From a virus (taxonomy: Duplodnaviria; Caudoviricetes): 51,346 bases of DNA. The notes under the pieces are model-generated. The model worked only from the letters and a program-made list of their open reading frames with translations. It did not search any database and was not told the DNA's origin. Made by a program: the position numbers and the translations under genes. Positions 28,737-37,257 of the stretch are shown here, piece after piece. Position 1 is the stretch's first letter, and every line of letters starts with the position of its first letter. Where the stretch lies: positions 1 through 51,346 of the IMG/VR virus record IMGVR_UViG_3300006428_000046. The stretch is one strand, 5' to 3'.

Positions 28737-28915
28737 GCTATACAAGAAAAACCGTTGACCGCTGGGACATTATGACCAATTACGGTTATGGCTGGGAGTG
28801 CGAATGCAGCGAGTACACCGCGAAAGAAGCGCGGCAGCGTTTGAAAGAATATCGGGAAAACATAACCGGCTCTGTCCGGCTGGAAAAACACAGAGAAAGG
28901 AAAGATCAGAAATGA
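28733..28915 (+). CDS. Small hypothetical phage protein
   Basis: NYGYGWE..EAR.RLKEYREN; ATGA overlaps at both ends. Confidence 0.7.
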   Translation: MSYTRKTVDRWDIMTNYGYGWECECSEYTAKEARQRLKEYRENITGSVRLEKHRERKDQK

Positions 28916-29127
28916 CCATCAATAAAGCCAAAACCGCCAATTATGGCAGCGTGTCAAGCTCTTGTATTGTTGATTATATCGTGGACTATGTGAGAGAAAA
29001 CAAGACCCTTATTGACGATAACAACGACCGTTTGAGAGGATGCGACAGAACCCAATTGAAAGCCATTGCCGCAGAGCTTGAAACCGTTCACAAGCGGCTT
29101 GAATGGCTCATAAATGGGATGTATTAA
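28912..29127 (+). CDS. Hypothetical protein
   Basis: Start MTINKAK at an ATGA overlap, RBS AAAGGA. Confidence 0.6.
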   Translation: MTINKAKTANYGSVSSSCIVDYIVDYVRENKTLIDDNNDRLRGCDRTQLKAIAAELETVHKRLEWLINGMY

Positions 29128-29216
29128 AGCAGAGTGACCCGGCGCAAGCCGGGGTAATGCAGCCGGGCAGACGGTCACAAGCTCCGACAGCCCAAGCCGC
29201 AAAATTTAAGGAGGAC

Positions 29217-29786
29217 ATGAAAATGAAAAAATACGTTGACCCCATTAACAAGGCCGCTTTTAAGAAGTATTTCACCGGCGCAATGAAACACGGCGAAAAC
29301 ATTGCTATAGCTTTCCCGGAACCCGTCGCAGATGACCCCGCATATATCTACATTATCAACGGTTTTATTGCCGTAAAACTCCCGGCTTGCTTCTGGCCTG
29401 AATATGCACAGCCGGCATTTATGCGGGAATGCCCTAAGCCGGGAGAAAGTGTTTGCATCTCTGGCAGAATGGATAAACCCGCCGGGGAATGGCTCAAATT
29501 CTGGAATGATCTAATTAACCCCGCAACAGAACCCGCCACCGTTACGCCCTACACCCGTATTGTTACCGGCACTCTTGCCGTTCGTATTTTCTCACTTTGC
29601 AAAACACCGTTAACAATCGATGAAAAATATCTCAATATGTTTGATTGGCAATCCTTCAAATTTACCGGAAGTAAAAACATTTCCCCGGTTCACGCTGAAA
29701 ATTCATTTTGTGAGGTGGTATTTCTCCCGGTCAGATCAGACCCCACAAGCGCAGATCAGGCCATTATTGACGGTATGCCGGAATGA
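29217..29786 (+). CDS. Hypothetical protein
   Basis: Start after AAGGAGG (29217 or 29223); C-terminal FLPVR. Confidence 0.7.
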   Translation: MKMKKYVDPINKAAFKKYFTGAMKHGENIAIAFPEPVADDPAYIYIINGFIAVKLPACFWPEYAQPAFMRECPKPGESVCISGRMDKPAGEWLKFWNDLINPATEPATVTPYTRIVTGTLAVRIFSLCKTPLTIDEKYLNMFDWQSFKFTGSKNISPVHAENSFCEVVFLPVRSDPTSADQAIIDGMPE

Positions 29787-29857
29787 TATATGTTATCGCT
29801 GCTTTGCTCCTGCTGCCGGTCATGATTATAATTGACTGCACCAAAATGAATAAATGA
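29783..29857 (+). CDS. Putative 24-aa hydrophobic peptide
   Basis: MIYVIAALLLLPVMIIIDCTKMNK; ATGA overlap; ends just before a terminator. Confidence 0.45.
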   Translation: MIYVIAALLLLPVMIIIDCTKMNK

Positions 29858-29896
29858 GAAATGCCGCCTTGCAGCCTTGCAGGGCGGTTTTCTTTT
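29858..29896 (+). terminator. Intrinsic terminator of the + strand cassette
   Basis: CCGCCTTGCA-GCCT-TGCAGGGCGG-TTTTCTTTT. Confidence 0.75.
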
Positions 29897-30282
29897 GCCC
29901 TGAATGACTCTATACCAGATCAGCAGTCAAAAACGAACACAGGCCAATTAAACGCCCCTGCAAGGGCGTTTTCTTCATGCCTTGCCAGCTATCAACCGAA
30001 CGAAAAAGAGTAAACCGCCGTAGAGGGCATTTAACGCCGTTTTAAGCGGTTTTTCTTTTTACCTATTAAAGTATACCAGTACAGGCATAAAAACTCCACA
30101 GAGAGCCGCAGAGAGCCGCAGAGGGGTATTTCTGAATATCTCTGAACCATAGCACGAATTAACCGGCTTTTCACCCATTGGAGACAGGCCACCGCCAACC
30201 GTTTAGAAAACCGGCAGATTTTTGTCAAAAATTCGCACAAAATAAAGCCACCGACCTTCACACGGAAGATCGGCAGCTTGGC

Positions 30283-30336
30283 ATAGTCGCTATAGTCGCT
30301 ATAGTCGCTATAGTCGCTATAGTCGCTATAGTCGTT
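30283..30336. repeat. 9-bp tandem repeat (ATAGTCGCT)x5 plus one variant
   Basis: Direct reading; degenerate AAAGTCG copies continue at ~30341, 30350 and 30377. Confidence 0.95.
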
Positions 30337-30357
30337 GACCAAAGTCGGAAAAGTCGC

Positions 30358-30924
30358 TTACTCGTCAGGGTCAACCAAAGTCGCTTCGATATATTTCTGT
30401 TGCAGCTCTTCGGGAGTCGTTTCCGCTCCGAGCGGGTTATTGGGTGTAAGAACGACCTCTTGCTGATCTTTCAGACCGTCATAGTTCTTCTGCCAGAAAA
30501 TGCCGGTGATCGGATTTATCTGTCCGTCCTGCATGAGATTTTCACGATAAACCCCACAAAGTTTCTGCACTTTTTTAGCGAACTCGCAGAAGTCGGGGGT
30601 GCGTGAACGTCCATGAGTCCAGTTATACATATCATCCTTGTCAATCCCCAATGCAAAATAACAAGCCTGATTGCCTATCTTCATCTCAAACCTCGTACAA
30701 AGTTCAAGATACTCACCAAGTCTTTTCTCCATAGCATCAAGGTCTGTCTTATCAATCTTCGGCATTTGATTCAGTTCCATGATAAACCGAACATATCGAA
30801 CATTGTTGGGATTATTCTTTGCAGCTTCACTATCCTCAACCATAATATTTCTTCCTCTCGGTTTTTTCTTCGTCACGACAGTCGAAGAGTCTTTCTTCAC
30901 CGGAAGATTCTTATTTTCAACCAT
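30358..30924 (-). CDS. Terminase small subunit (putative)
   Basis: GQINPITGIFWQKNYDGLKDQQE motif of TerS-like DNA-packaging proteins; located at the early/late boundary. Confidence 0.75.
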   Translation of the reverse strand: MVENKNLPVKKDSSTVVTKKKPRGRNIMVEDSEAAKNNPNNVRYVRFIMELNQMPKIDKTDLDAMEKRLGEYLELCTRFEMKIGNQACYFALGIDKDDMYNWTHGRSRTPDFCEFAKKVQKLCGVYRENLMQDGQINPITGIFWQKNYDGLKDQQEVVLTPNNPLGAETTPEELQQKYIEATLVDPDE

Positions 30925-30944
30925 ACTTTTTCTCCTTTCCGTTT

Positions 30945-31050
30945 AGTGAGTTTAGTGACCCATTTCTGAAAAATGCTATAAACTCTCCTTATAGTAACTC
31001 TCTATAGGGGACTTTATGGTAAAATCAATAAATGATTCACTAAACTCACT
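30945..31050. repeat. 106-bp palindromic element, copy 2
   Basis: AGTGAGTTTAGTGACCCATTT...AAATGATTCACTAAACTCACT; direct repeat of 6725-6830. Confidence 0.85.
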
Positions 31051-31056
31051 GAAAAC

Positions 31057-31101
31057 GCTAAATATTTTTAGTTTTAGCCTAAAAGACTAAATATTTTTAG
31101 C
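31057..31101. promoter_or_regulatory. Two further 16-bp operator-like sites upstream of terS
   Basis: GCTAAATATTTTTAGT (31057-31072) and ACTAAATATTTTTAGC (31086-31101). Confidence 0.6.
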
Positions 31102-31506
31102 TCACACTCGACAGTTTGTTATTACTTCCTTTATCCCTGCGTTCTTGATTTTGCGTTCACACATGAGACAAGGTTTTGCATCAATTGGCTTGCCGTTTTC
31201 AAAGCCAGCGAGGTAGAGAGTCGCACCGATAGCCTTTCTTCCTGCCTGAGAAATTGCGTTGTCTTCCGCATGAATCGCAACACAAGCTTCGTATCTCTCG
31301 CCGTGAGGAATGTGGTTGATCTCTCGCCAACACTCGCCCACATCACAGCAGTTCGGCTCACCTCTGGCAGAGCCATTGTAACCGGTGGCGATAATCATGT
31401 CATCCTTGACGATGACTGCACCGTACTGACGGCGAAGACAGGTGGAACGCAATGACACCGCTCGTGCAATGGCAAGGTAATATTCTCGCTTATTGATTCT
31501 GGTCAT
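31102..31506 (-). CDS. dCMP deaminase (ComEB-like)
   Basis: RSTC.RR..GA, TGYNG, HAE and PC..C Zn-deaminase motifs; start MTRINK. Confidence 0.9.
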   Translation of the reverse strand: MTRINKREYYLAIARAVSLRSTCLRRQYGAVIVKDDMIIATGYNGSARGEPNCCDVGECWREINHIPHGERYEACVAIHAEDNAISQAGRKAIGATLYLAGFENGKPIDAKPCLMCERKIKNAGIKEVITNCRV

Positions 31507-31885
31507 CAGCTTCCTCCTGTTTAATTCTAAACCGTGTGGTGATCTTCTGACCCTCCAAGGGAGCTTTGTTCCATTCGGCAGTTCTCGAAAACTCAAACTT
31601 ACGCAAACCTTCCTCGAAAGAAATATTGAGCAATCGGCAAATATCCTTCGTGTCACACCATTCGCCATTATTAAAGGCGGTTAAGATATTTGCATCGGTG
31701 ATAGTTTTCCGCATATCTTCATTTTTCTCACGCAAAGAGAAAATCTCTGCGGTCATATCTTGAATGATGTTCAGAAACCGAAGATCAGGACAGCTTTCGC
31801 CATAACGTAAAACGTCCATTACTACACCTCTGTCATCAACCATGACGCTGTAATTGCTGCTGTCAATTTTCAATTCGTTTTCCAT
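31490..31885 (-). CDS. Hypothetical protein
   Basis: 131 aa ORF co-oriented in the operon. Confidence 0.6.
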   Translation of the reverse strand: MENELKIDSSNYSVMVDDRGVVMDVLRYGESCPDLRFLNIIQDMTAEIFSLREKNEDMRKTITDANILTAFNNGEWCDTKDICRLLNISFEEGLRKFEFSRTAEWNKAPLEGQKITTRFRIKQEEADDQNQ

Positions 31886-32051
31886 TATTACGATACCTCG
31901 TATTTCTTGATTTGAGCAATAGGGATTTTAGTAGACATTCTTCCGTTTTGGGGGAATATGTTCAAAATCCCTTTGTCCGAGATGGAAAGATCACCGTAAT
32001 ACTCTTCCTTTGTTCCATCCAAAAAATAAATTGTAATGGTTTTATACATAT

Positions 32052-32255
32052 TCAAATTCCTCTTTTCCGTCTTTGATGTTCAAACATTTCTATTTGTTTG
32101 AGCATATCAACATGAAATGGGTTTTCTTCGTGATAATCATTACAAACACCATGAGGATCTACCCATTCGTGCCGGTATGGACAGCGAATTTTTGAATCAT
32201 TCTCTCGCTTTGGGTCAGAACGCTGGCAAAAGCGGCACTCTCGTTGATTACTCAT
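32052..32255 (-). CDS. Small Cys-rich hypothetical protein
   Basis: CxxC...C...C; start MSNQREC. Confidence 0.5.
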   Translation of the reverse strand: MSNQRECRFCQRSDPKRENDSKIRCPYRHEWVDPHGVCNDYHEENPFHVDMLKQIEMFEHQRRKRGI

Positions 32256-32508
32256 TGCCGGTGTCCTTCTTATGGGTGTCGTTGTACTCCTTTTCTCCAT
32301 GAACGTAAACACAAACGATAGGTGTTGCGGAATTTCCATATCCACAGGAGTTAGTCACTCTAATCTCAGACCACAATGAAATTACCTCTCTGGCTGAAAT
32401 GTGTGAGTGCTTTTTCTCGCTGTAGTTACGGCATAGAAGTTTTCCGTTATATCCGCTTTTCACCTCTATTTGAGATTTCACAAGAACGGATAACTCTTTA
32501 ACTGTCAT
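32248..32508 (-). CDS. Hypothetical protein
   Basis: 86 aa ORF directly after the helicase. Confidence 0.55.
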   Translation of the reverse strand: MTVKELSVLVKSQIEVKSGYNGKLLCRNYSEKKHSHISAREVISLWSEIRVTNSCGYGNSATPIVCVYVHGEKEYNDTHKKDTGNE

Positions 32509-32512
32509 GTTC

Positions 32513-34021
32513 TTACACCATTCCTTTCAGCTTAATATCCTTGTAAGAGGGATAGCCGGAATAAACCGTTTTACCGCTGTGCCACTCAGGGTGAGCTTCC
32601 ATGTCAGCGTTGAACCGCTTTGCGCTGCACACAAAATAGCCGTTGGATTTGCACCAAATCTTATAAGCATCATAAAGGGACTTCGCTCTGGTGATCGTTC
32701 CGGTTGCACTCTCACATTTTTCTTCAAGGAATTGCAACACCAGATCATTGTCCTTCTCATACTGCCGCACAACTTTCTGCATCTCAGGAGACATTTTCAG
32801 GCCAAGCCGTTTGTATTTGAAATAACCTTCGATCAACCAGAAGAAAATGCCTTGCATGGCTTCCTGAGTTTGAAATTCATTTTTTAGATTTTTGTCCTGC
32901 TCAGTTTCATTGAAATGCCGGTTGAACTCAATCACTCGCACACGATCAGAAGCAAACAGGCTCTTGTCATTGACAGAGGGAAGATCATTGCAGGAGAGCC
33001 AGAGGGTGAATTGCGGCATAAAAGTTGTAGCTGCTTCATAAAGGTTCCGAGCCTTTATTTCTTCACCACCGGTGAGCTGCTTGATTGTTTCTTCATCCAG
33101 CTTGCCATACTGATTGCTCTCAGCCATGGTCACGAACCGTTTGCCTTTGAGAGAAGCAAGCATGGGGTTTGCGGCTTCGGCATTCTTTGAACGGTCAGCC
33201 TTGCAGATGATTGACACCGGAGATACAGAAGCATAGTCACCGAGAAGATGATGAATGGCACTGAGCATGGTGGATTTTCCGTTTCTGGTTGTCTTACCAT
33301 GAAGGATGAACATACACTCTTCGTTGGCGATACCGAGCATGGAATAACCAAGAGCTTTTTGCAGATATTCGGCTTTATCTACATTGTTGCAAGTAACTTC
33401 CGCAACGAACTTTTCCCACCGAGCGCACCGAACATCTTTCAAAGTGTACTCAAAATTCGTTTGCATGGTAAGAAAGTCATGCCAGTCATGCTCACGGAAA
33501 GTCATGTGTTCCAGATCATAAGTACCATTCAGGCAGTTAATCAAATAAGGGTTTGCATCAAACTGTCCTGAAATAATGGGATTGACGCTGGCAGCATCTT
33601 TCATAAGTCGATCACGGAAACGCCGATCTCCCATTTTGCTGACAAATTTCAAATAGTCTCTGCGCCGGTCTTCGTTTGTAATCTCTCCGCAATAGAGAGC
33701 CATCAGGCGGCAAAACTCTTTGATTTTTTCAGCAACCAGAAGAGAGCCGATGTCTTTACGCCATGCGCCAGTCGAGTAGGTGTACCAGCATTTGGCTTCC
33801 GGACAATAGCGAGTATCGTTTTTATAACACTCCGAAAACAACTCAGCCATGCCGCTTTCGTCCCAAGAATAACCGGTGCTACTGACTTGATGACTTTTCT
33901 CAGGTTGAATTTCCTTAATGTAGAACATCTTCTGAGAAAGCTGCTCGTCCATGATGTATCTGCCGTTGGAGAGCTGAAACAACATCTGTTCATCAGTCTC
34001 AGTGATAATTTCATTTGGCAT
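32513..34021 (-). CDS. P4-family/D5-like SF3 helicase (primase-associated)
   Basis: D5-N region, G.TTRNGKST Walker A, IKQLTGGEEI.AR, C-terminal winged helix. Confidence 0.9.
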   Translation of the reverse strand: MPNEIITETDEQMLFQLSNGRYIMDEQLSQKMFYIKEIQPEKSHQVSSTGYSWDESGMAELFSECYKNDTRYCPEAKCWYTYSTGAWRKDIGSLLVAEKIKEFCRLMALYCGEITNEDRRRDYLKFVSKMGDRRFRDRLMKDAASVNPIISGQFDANPYLINCLNGTYDLEHMTFREHDWHDFLTMQTNFEYTLKDVRCARWEKFVAEVTCNNVDKAEYLQKALGYSMLGIANEECMFILHGKTTRNGKSTMLSAIHHLLGDYASVSPVSIICKADRSKNAEAANPMLASLKGKRFVTMAESNQYGKLDEETIKQLTGGEEIKARNLYEAATTFMPQFTLWLSCNDLPSVNDKSLFASDRVRVIEFNRHFNETEQDKNLKNEFQTQEAMQGIFFWLIEGYFKYKRLGLKMSPEMQKVVRQYEKDNDLVLQFLEEKCESATGTITRAKSLYDAYKIWCKSNGYFVCSAKRFNADMEAHPEWHSGKTVYSGYPSYKDIKLKGMV

Positions 34022-34038
34022 ACGTCTTCACCTCCATT

Positions 34039-34410
34039 TCAAGCCTTTTCTAAATCTCCCCCCCCATTACCGGAAAAGAAGAACGCATTTCTCAGAGCGT
34101 TATCCACATGAGACATGATCTCTTTCGGAAGGGTGGTGATGTATTTCCATTCAGGGGTTATATCAACGACTCGCACCTGTTCGCACTCGATCATGCTGCA
34201 ACGCAGAGAATCCCAAGTGACAACAACATGAGTCGGAAGCTCCAACCGTTTTAGCTTCGTGGTGAGAGGGCAAACAATCGTGGTTGGAGAATGATTGTTT
34301 CCAATATCATTTTGAACAATGACCCAAGGACGAATACCGCCTTGAACATGACCGGTCTGAGGAATAGGCGCATCGAACAGCACCACATCTCCACGCTGAT
34401 AGGGTTTCAT
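34039..34410 (-). CDS. PemK/MazF-family protein
   Basis: RGDV..F, QGG.RP.VIVQND.GN..SPT.IV.PLTT, CEQVR. Confidence 0.88.
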   Translation of the reverse strand: MKPYQRGDVVLFDAPIPQTGHVQGGIRPWVIVQNDIGNNHSPTTIVCPLTTKLKRLELPTHVVVTWDSLRCSMIECEQVRVVDITPEWKYITTLPKEIMSHVDNALRNAFFFSGNGGGDLEKA

Positions 34411-34413
34411 AAC

Positions 34414-34587
34414 TTACCTCCAATATTTGAAACGGTCAAAGGTATCATTCTTTTGTTCTTTGACCCTTTTAATTTCTTCCTTCCGCTTTTCCCATGCTTC
34501 CCGCTCTTTCCTGTACCGCTCACAGGTAGAGTGGCAAGACACGGTGCGGTCTGGACAGTTAAGACAACATCTGATACTACCTTCCAT
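34414..34587 (-). CDS. 57-aa Cys-rich protein, not in the ORF track
   Basis: MEGSIRCCLNCPDRTVSCHSTCERY...; RBS GGAGG. Confidence 0.6.
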   Translation of the reverse strand: MEGSIRCCLNCPDRTVSCHSTCERYRKEREAWEKRKEEIKRVKEQKNDTFDRFKYWR

Positions 34588-34590
34588 GCT

Positions 34591-35376
34591 CTACCTCCGA
34601 TACCGAGTGACGCTGTTGACTATCAGTTCCACTTCGGAGCGGTCAAGCGGAGGTGTACACGCCTGTTGGTTTGCGTATAGCAGCTCTTTGTAAATCTCGG
34701 CCTTACCGTAACCCTGATTGTGCATCTGTCCTGCAAGAGAAGTCAGGCTCAGATTGCGAGAGCCGGAAAGAATCGGGGGATATTCCGGCTTTAACATGAT
34801 CTTTCCATTTTCAGGTTTACGATAGACCGGAGAGTAAATCCGCTGAGTGGTAGAAGTTCCAGTGTTTTCTTTCGGACTCTCAGAAAAATAGGTTCTCACA
34901 ATGTAGTCAATTGCTTCCTGATTCTCAACGATCTCAGGATATATCAGCACATCACCGGTCATGATAAAATATCTGCCGCTCTGGTAAATCTCTACACCGG
35001 CTCTATTGTTCTTGCCCTTGAATGGCAGAGTACCTTTTACAAGGACATGAATCCCTCTGCCGCTTCTGCTTTTTTCAGTGTACGACTTACAGGTTTTAAC
35101 AATATCAACCGCTGTTGGAGAAAGAAAACCGTCATCGTCAAAACCAGCATCAAGGTCAATCCCAACAATGCCGTTGTCACTGAAAACAAATCCGAGGTAA
35201 TCATAAGTACCGTTCTCAACTGCGGCCTTGGCAATGTCAAACCGGCTCCAAGTGTCAGAGTCAGAGGAAGCAGCCGCTTTCTTTTCATAAGCTTTCATTG
35301 GGATTTTTGAGTTTTTCCATGCACATACCCACTGTGAAAGTTCTGTTAATTCAGAAGGAATGTTCTCATATTTCAT
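34591..35376 (-). CDS. Primase-polymerase (AEP) with PriCT domain
   Basis: IP.EL....QWV, GIDLD, E.S.SG.G.H, EIY...RYF, G.RN..L. Confidence 0.88.
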   Translation of the reverse strand: MKYENIPSELTELSQWVCAWKNSKIPMKAYEKKAAASSDSDTWSRFDIAKAAVENGTYDYLGFVFSDNGIVGIDLDAGFDDDGFLSPTAVDIVKTCKSYTEKSRSGRGIHVLVKGTLPFKGKNNRAGVEIYQSGRYFIMTGDVLIYPEIVENQEAIDYIVRTYFSESPKENTGTSTTQRIYSPVYRKPENGKIMLKPEYPPILSGSRNLSLTSLAGQMHNQGYGKAEIYKELLYANQQACTPPLDRSEVELIVNSVTRYRR

Positions 35377-35384
35377 AGGCACCC

Positions 35385-35954
35385 TCAGCTTTCGTAGGGA
35401 CTTGGCAAACTCCAATCCCAAACTGTACCGTTTTCATAAGCATTGTAGAAATAATTGCGGCTCCCATCACCGGTAAACCAGAGATAATCAGACGGTAAGA
35501 TTCTACCAACATTCGTTTCACCGTCTTTTTCGGCATACCATCTGGAAACAACATCTTCACAAAGAGCTTTCAGATCATTGTCTACCGGATTGCTTTTCAC
35601 ATAACCGGCAAATTGGTAAGGAGCGGTTGTTATATCAATGATTGTTCCGTTTTCCTGATCGACTCTGTTTAAAACACACCAAACGCAAGCGGCCTGTTCT
35701 GTTTTAGATTTAATCCCTCTTGCTTCTCCCCACAACATCTTTGCGAGGACTACCAGCTCTTCGTCTGTCCATGATTTAACCTCAGCCGTAGGTTCAAGCG
35801 GGAGCTGCGTAACCGGCTCTGTTATCACGGACTGTTCCTCGATTTCCGTAGTTACAGGCTCAGTAGACTCGGCAGCAGGAATGGACGGCGTGGTGCAACT
35901 GGTAGTTCCCACAAAGAAAATAGTGACAAAGAGTAATATCAGTCTTTTTCGCAA
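35385..35954 (-). CDS. SleB/Hydrolase_2-like cell wall hydrolase with signal or lipoprotein peptide
   Basis: LAK...GEARG, VLNRV, PYQF; N-terminal hydrophobic stretch ending in TTSC. Confidence 0.78.
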   Translation of the reverse strand: MRKRLILLFVTIFFVGTTSCTTPSIPAAESTEPVTTEIEEQSVITEPVTQLPLEPTAEVKSWTDEELVVLAKMLWGEARGIKSKTEQAACVWCVLNRVDQENGTIIDITTAPYQFAGYVKSNPVDNDLKALCEDVVSRWYAEKDGETNVGRILPSDYLWFTGDGSRNYFYNAYENGTVWDWSLPSPYES

Positions 35955-36169
35955 GACTCTTTGGCCTTACCGGATTTTGTCGAGGACGTTCCGGCGAAAA
36001 AATATTGATTGTCTACGCAAATGGGATAACCCTCAAATCGGTTACTGGCTCTCTTGCTGCCAGTCTTGTAAATGCGCTCGGCTTCTTCAAGCGGCATTTC
36101 ACCTGAAACATGATCGGCACCGGCAACCATGATGTAAGGGACTTTTCCGTTATTTTCAGTGAATTTCAT
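35939..36169 (-). CDS. Hypothetical protein
   Basis: Start MKFTENN after GAGG; co-oriented and overlapping its neighbours. Confidence 0.55.
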   Translation of the reverse strand: MKFTENNGKVPYIMVAGADHVSGEMPLEEAERIYKTGSKRASNRFEGYPICVDNQYFFAGTSSTKSGKAKESCEKD

Positions 36170-36500
36170 CTGTGATACCTCTTTCTCTATTCCATGCTTC
36201 AATGTCAACCCCGATCTCTTTAAGCTTCTGCTTACAGAGCCAAGCATCGTCATCCGGCATTTCATAGTGTTTTATCAACTGCTCGTGTGCTTTGGCAAAG
36301 TTTTCATAGAATCTTTTCAGCCGCTTTTCACCAAACCCCTCGCTTACATGAAGGGCATACAGGACAGAAGCATCAATGTCATTGGCATATTTTCGGTCAG
36401 ATTCAATGATCTGGCGGTTAATCTCGATTTCCATTGCTTTCTTCTCGGCAGCGGTAAAGACTGCACCGAAAACCTTGCCGCCCGACTTTTTAACTTGCAT
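36156..36500 (-). CDS. Hypothetical phage protein
   Basis: LH...GFGEKRLKRF motif common in Bacillota phage early regions. Confidence 0.7.
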   Translation of the reverse strand: MQVKKSGGKVFGAVFTAAEKKAMEIEINRQIIESDRKYANDIDASVLYALHVSEGFGEKRLKRFYENFAKAHEQLIKHYEMPDDDAWLCKQKLKEIGVDIEAWNRERGITDEIH

Positions 36501-36502
36501 GA

Positions 36503-37126
36503 CTACACCTCAATGTCTTCAAAGAACACAGGGTATTTCTCTTTCAGCATTTTTGCCAGCATGATTGCAACCTCACGCATCTGAGGGTGTGCGGCAGCGG
36601 AAGTGCGAAGTTTCAAAAAATGCCGCCACTCTCTGAGGTCAGCCGTCATGACCACTTCGGTTTTCAAACTGTTCGGTAATACAGCACGAGCTTCCTGAGC
36701 TGTGCAACCGATGGTAAGAAGGTCAAAATAGGCCAGCTCTGAGGACAAACAAGCCTTTTTCCAAACCTGATATGTCTGGTCAGGCTCGCCCATGTAACAG
36801 GGTTTGATAACCGTGATTTCGCCGCCGAAATCTCCTTTGCTGTAATTACAGTAGCGGGTAGACTCTTGGCAGTATGCGGCAAGCCGGTGACGAACGATCT
36901 CATGACTTACGCCACGATCACAGGTGAACCGAACTGAGAGAGAGCCATGCTCTAAGACAGCTTCATGACCACGCTTGATAATGTTCTGGATGAATTTCTC
37001 TGCGCTGCTCTCGGTGATATTTCCCTCAGATTTGTAGCAAGTGCGCCCTGCCAGCTCTACCAGATTGAGAAGGAGCGCATATTCAGGTGGGTTAAGTAGT
37101 TCCACCGAAGGAAGGATTATTTTCAT
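36503..37126 (-). CDS. thyX: FAD-dependent thymidylate synthase
   Basis: RHRLAAYCQESTRY signature, GHEAVLEH, AR.VLP, HPQMRE. Confidence 0.95.
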   Translation of the reverse strand: MKIILPSVELLNPPEYALLLNLVELAGRTCYKSEGNITESSAEKFIQNIIKRGHEAVLEHGSLSVRFTCDRGVSHEIVRHRLAAYCQESTRYCNYSKGDFGGEITVIKPCYMGEPDQTYQVWKKACLSSELAYFDLLTIGCTAQEARAVLPNSLKTEVVMTADLREWRHFLKLRTSAAAHPQMREVAIMLAKMLKEKYPVFFEDIEV

Positions 37127-37257
37127 AACTCAGTCTCCTTTATTGTTCCGTTGTCATAATAAGCGGTACAGGTATCGCAACACCCTACGTCCAGCACAGG
37201 GTCAATATGGATATATCCTCCGCAAATAGGGCAAATCATGACATCTTCATTCATGGC

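Noticed and set aside
29128-29216. GC-rich hairpins between cassette genes as a possible ncRNA
   Set aside because: Only one clear stem (CCCGGC-GCAA-GCCGGG) and no second copy in the window, which is not enough to call.
30283-30336. Possible CRISPR array
   Set aside because: Contiguous 9-bp units with no spacers; no cas genes in the window.
30031-30606. ORFs with SDY and VAI repeats
   Set aside because: Artefacts of the 9-bp tandem repeat; one is antisense to terS.
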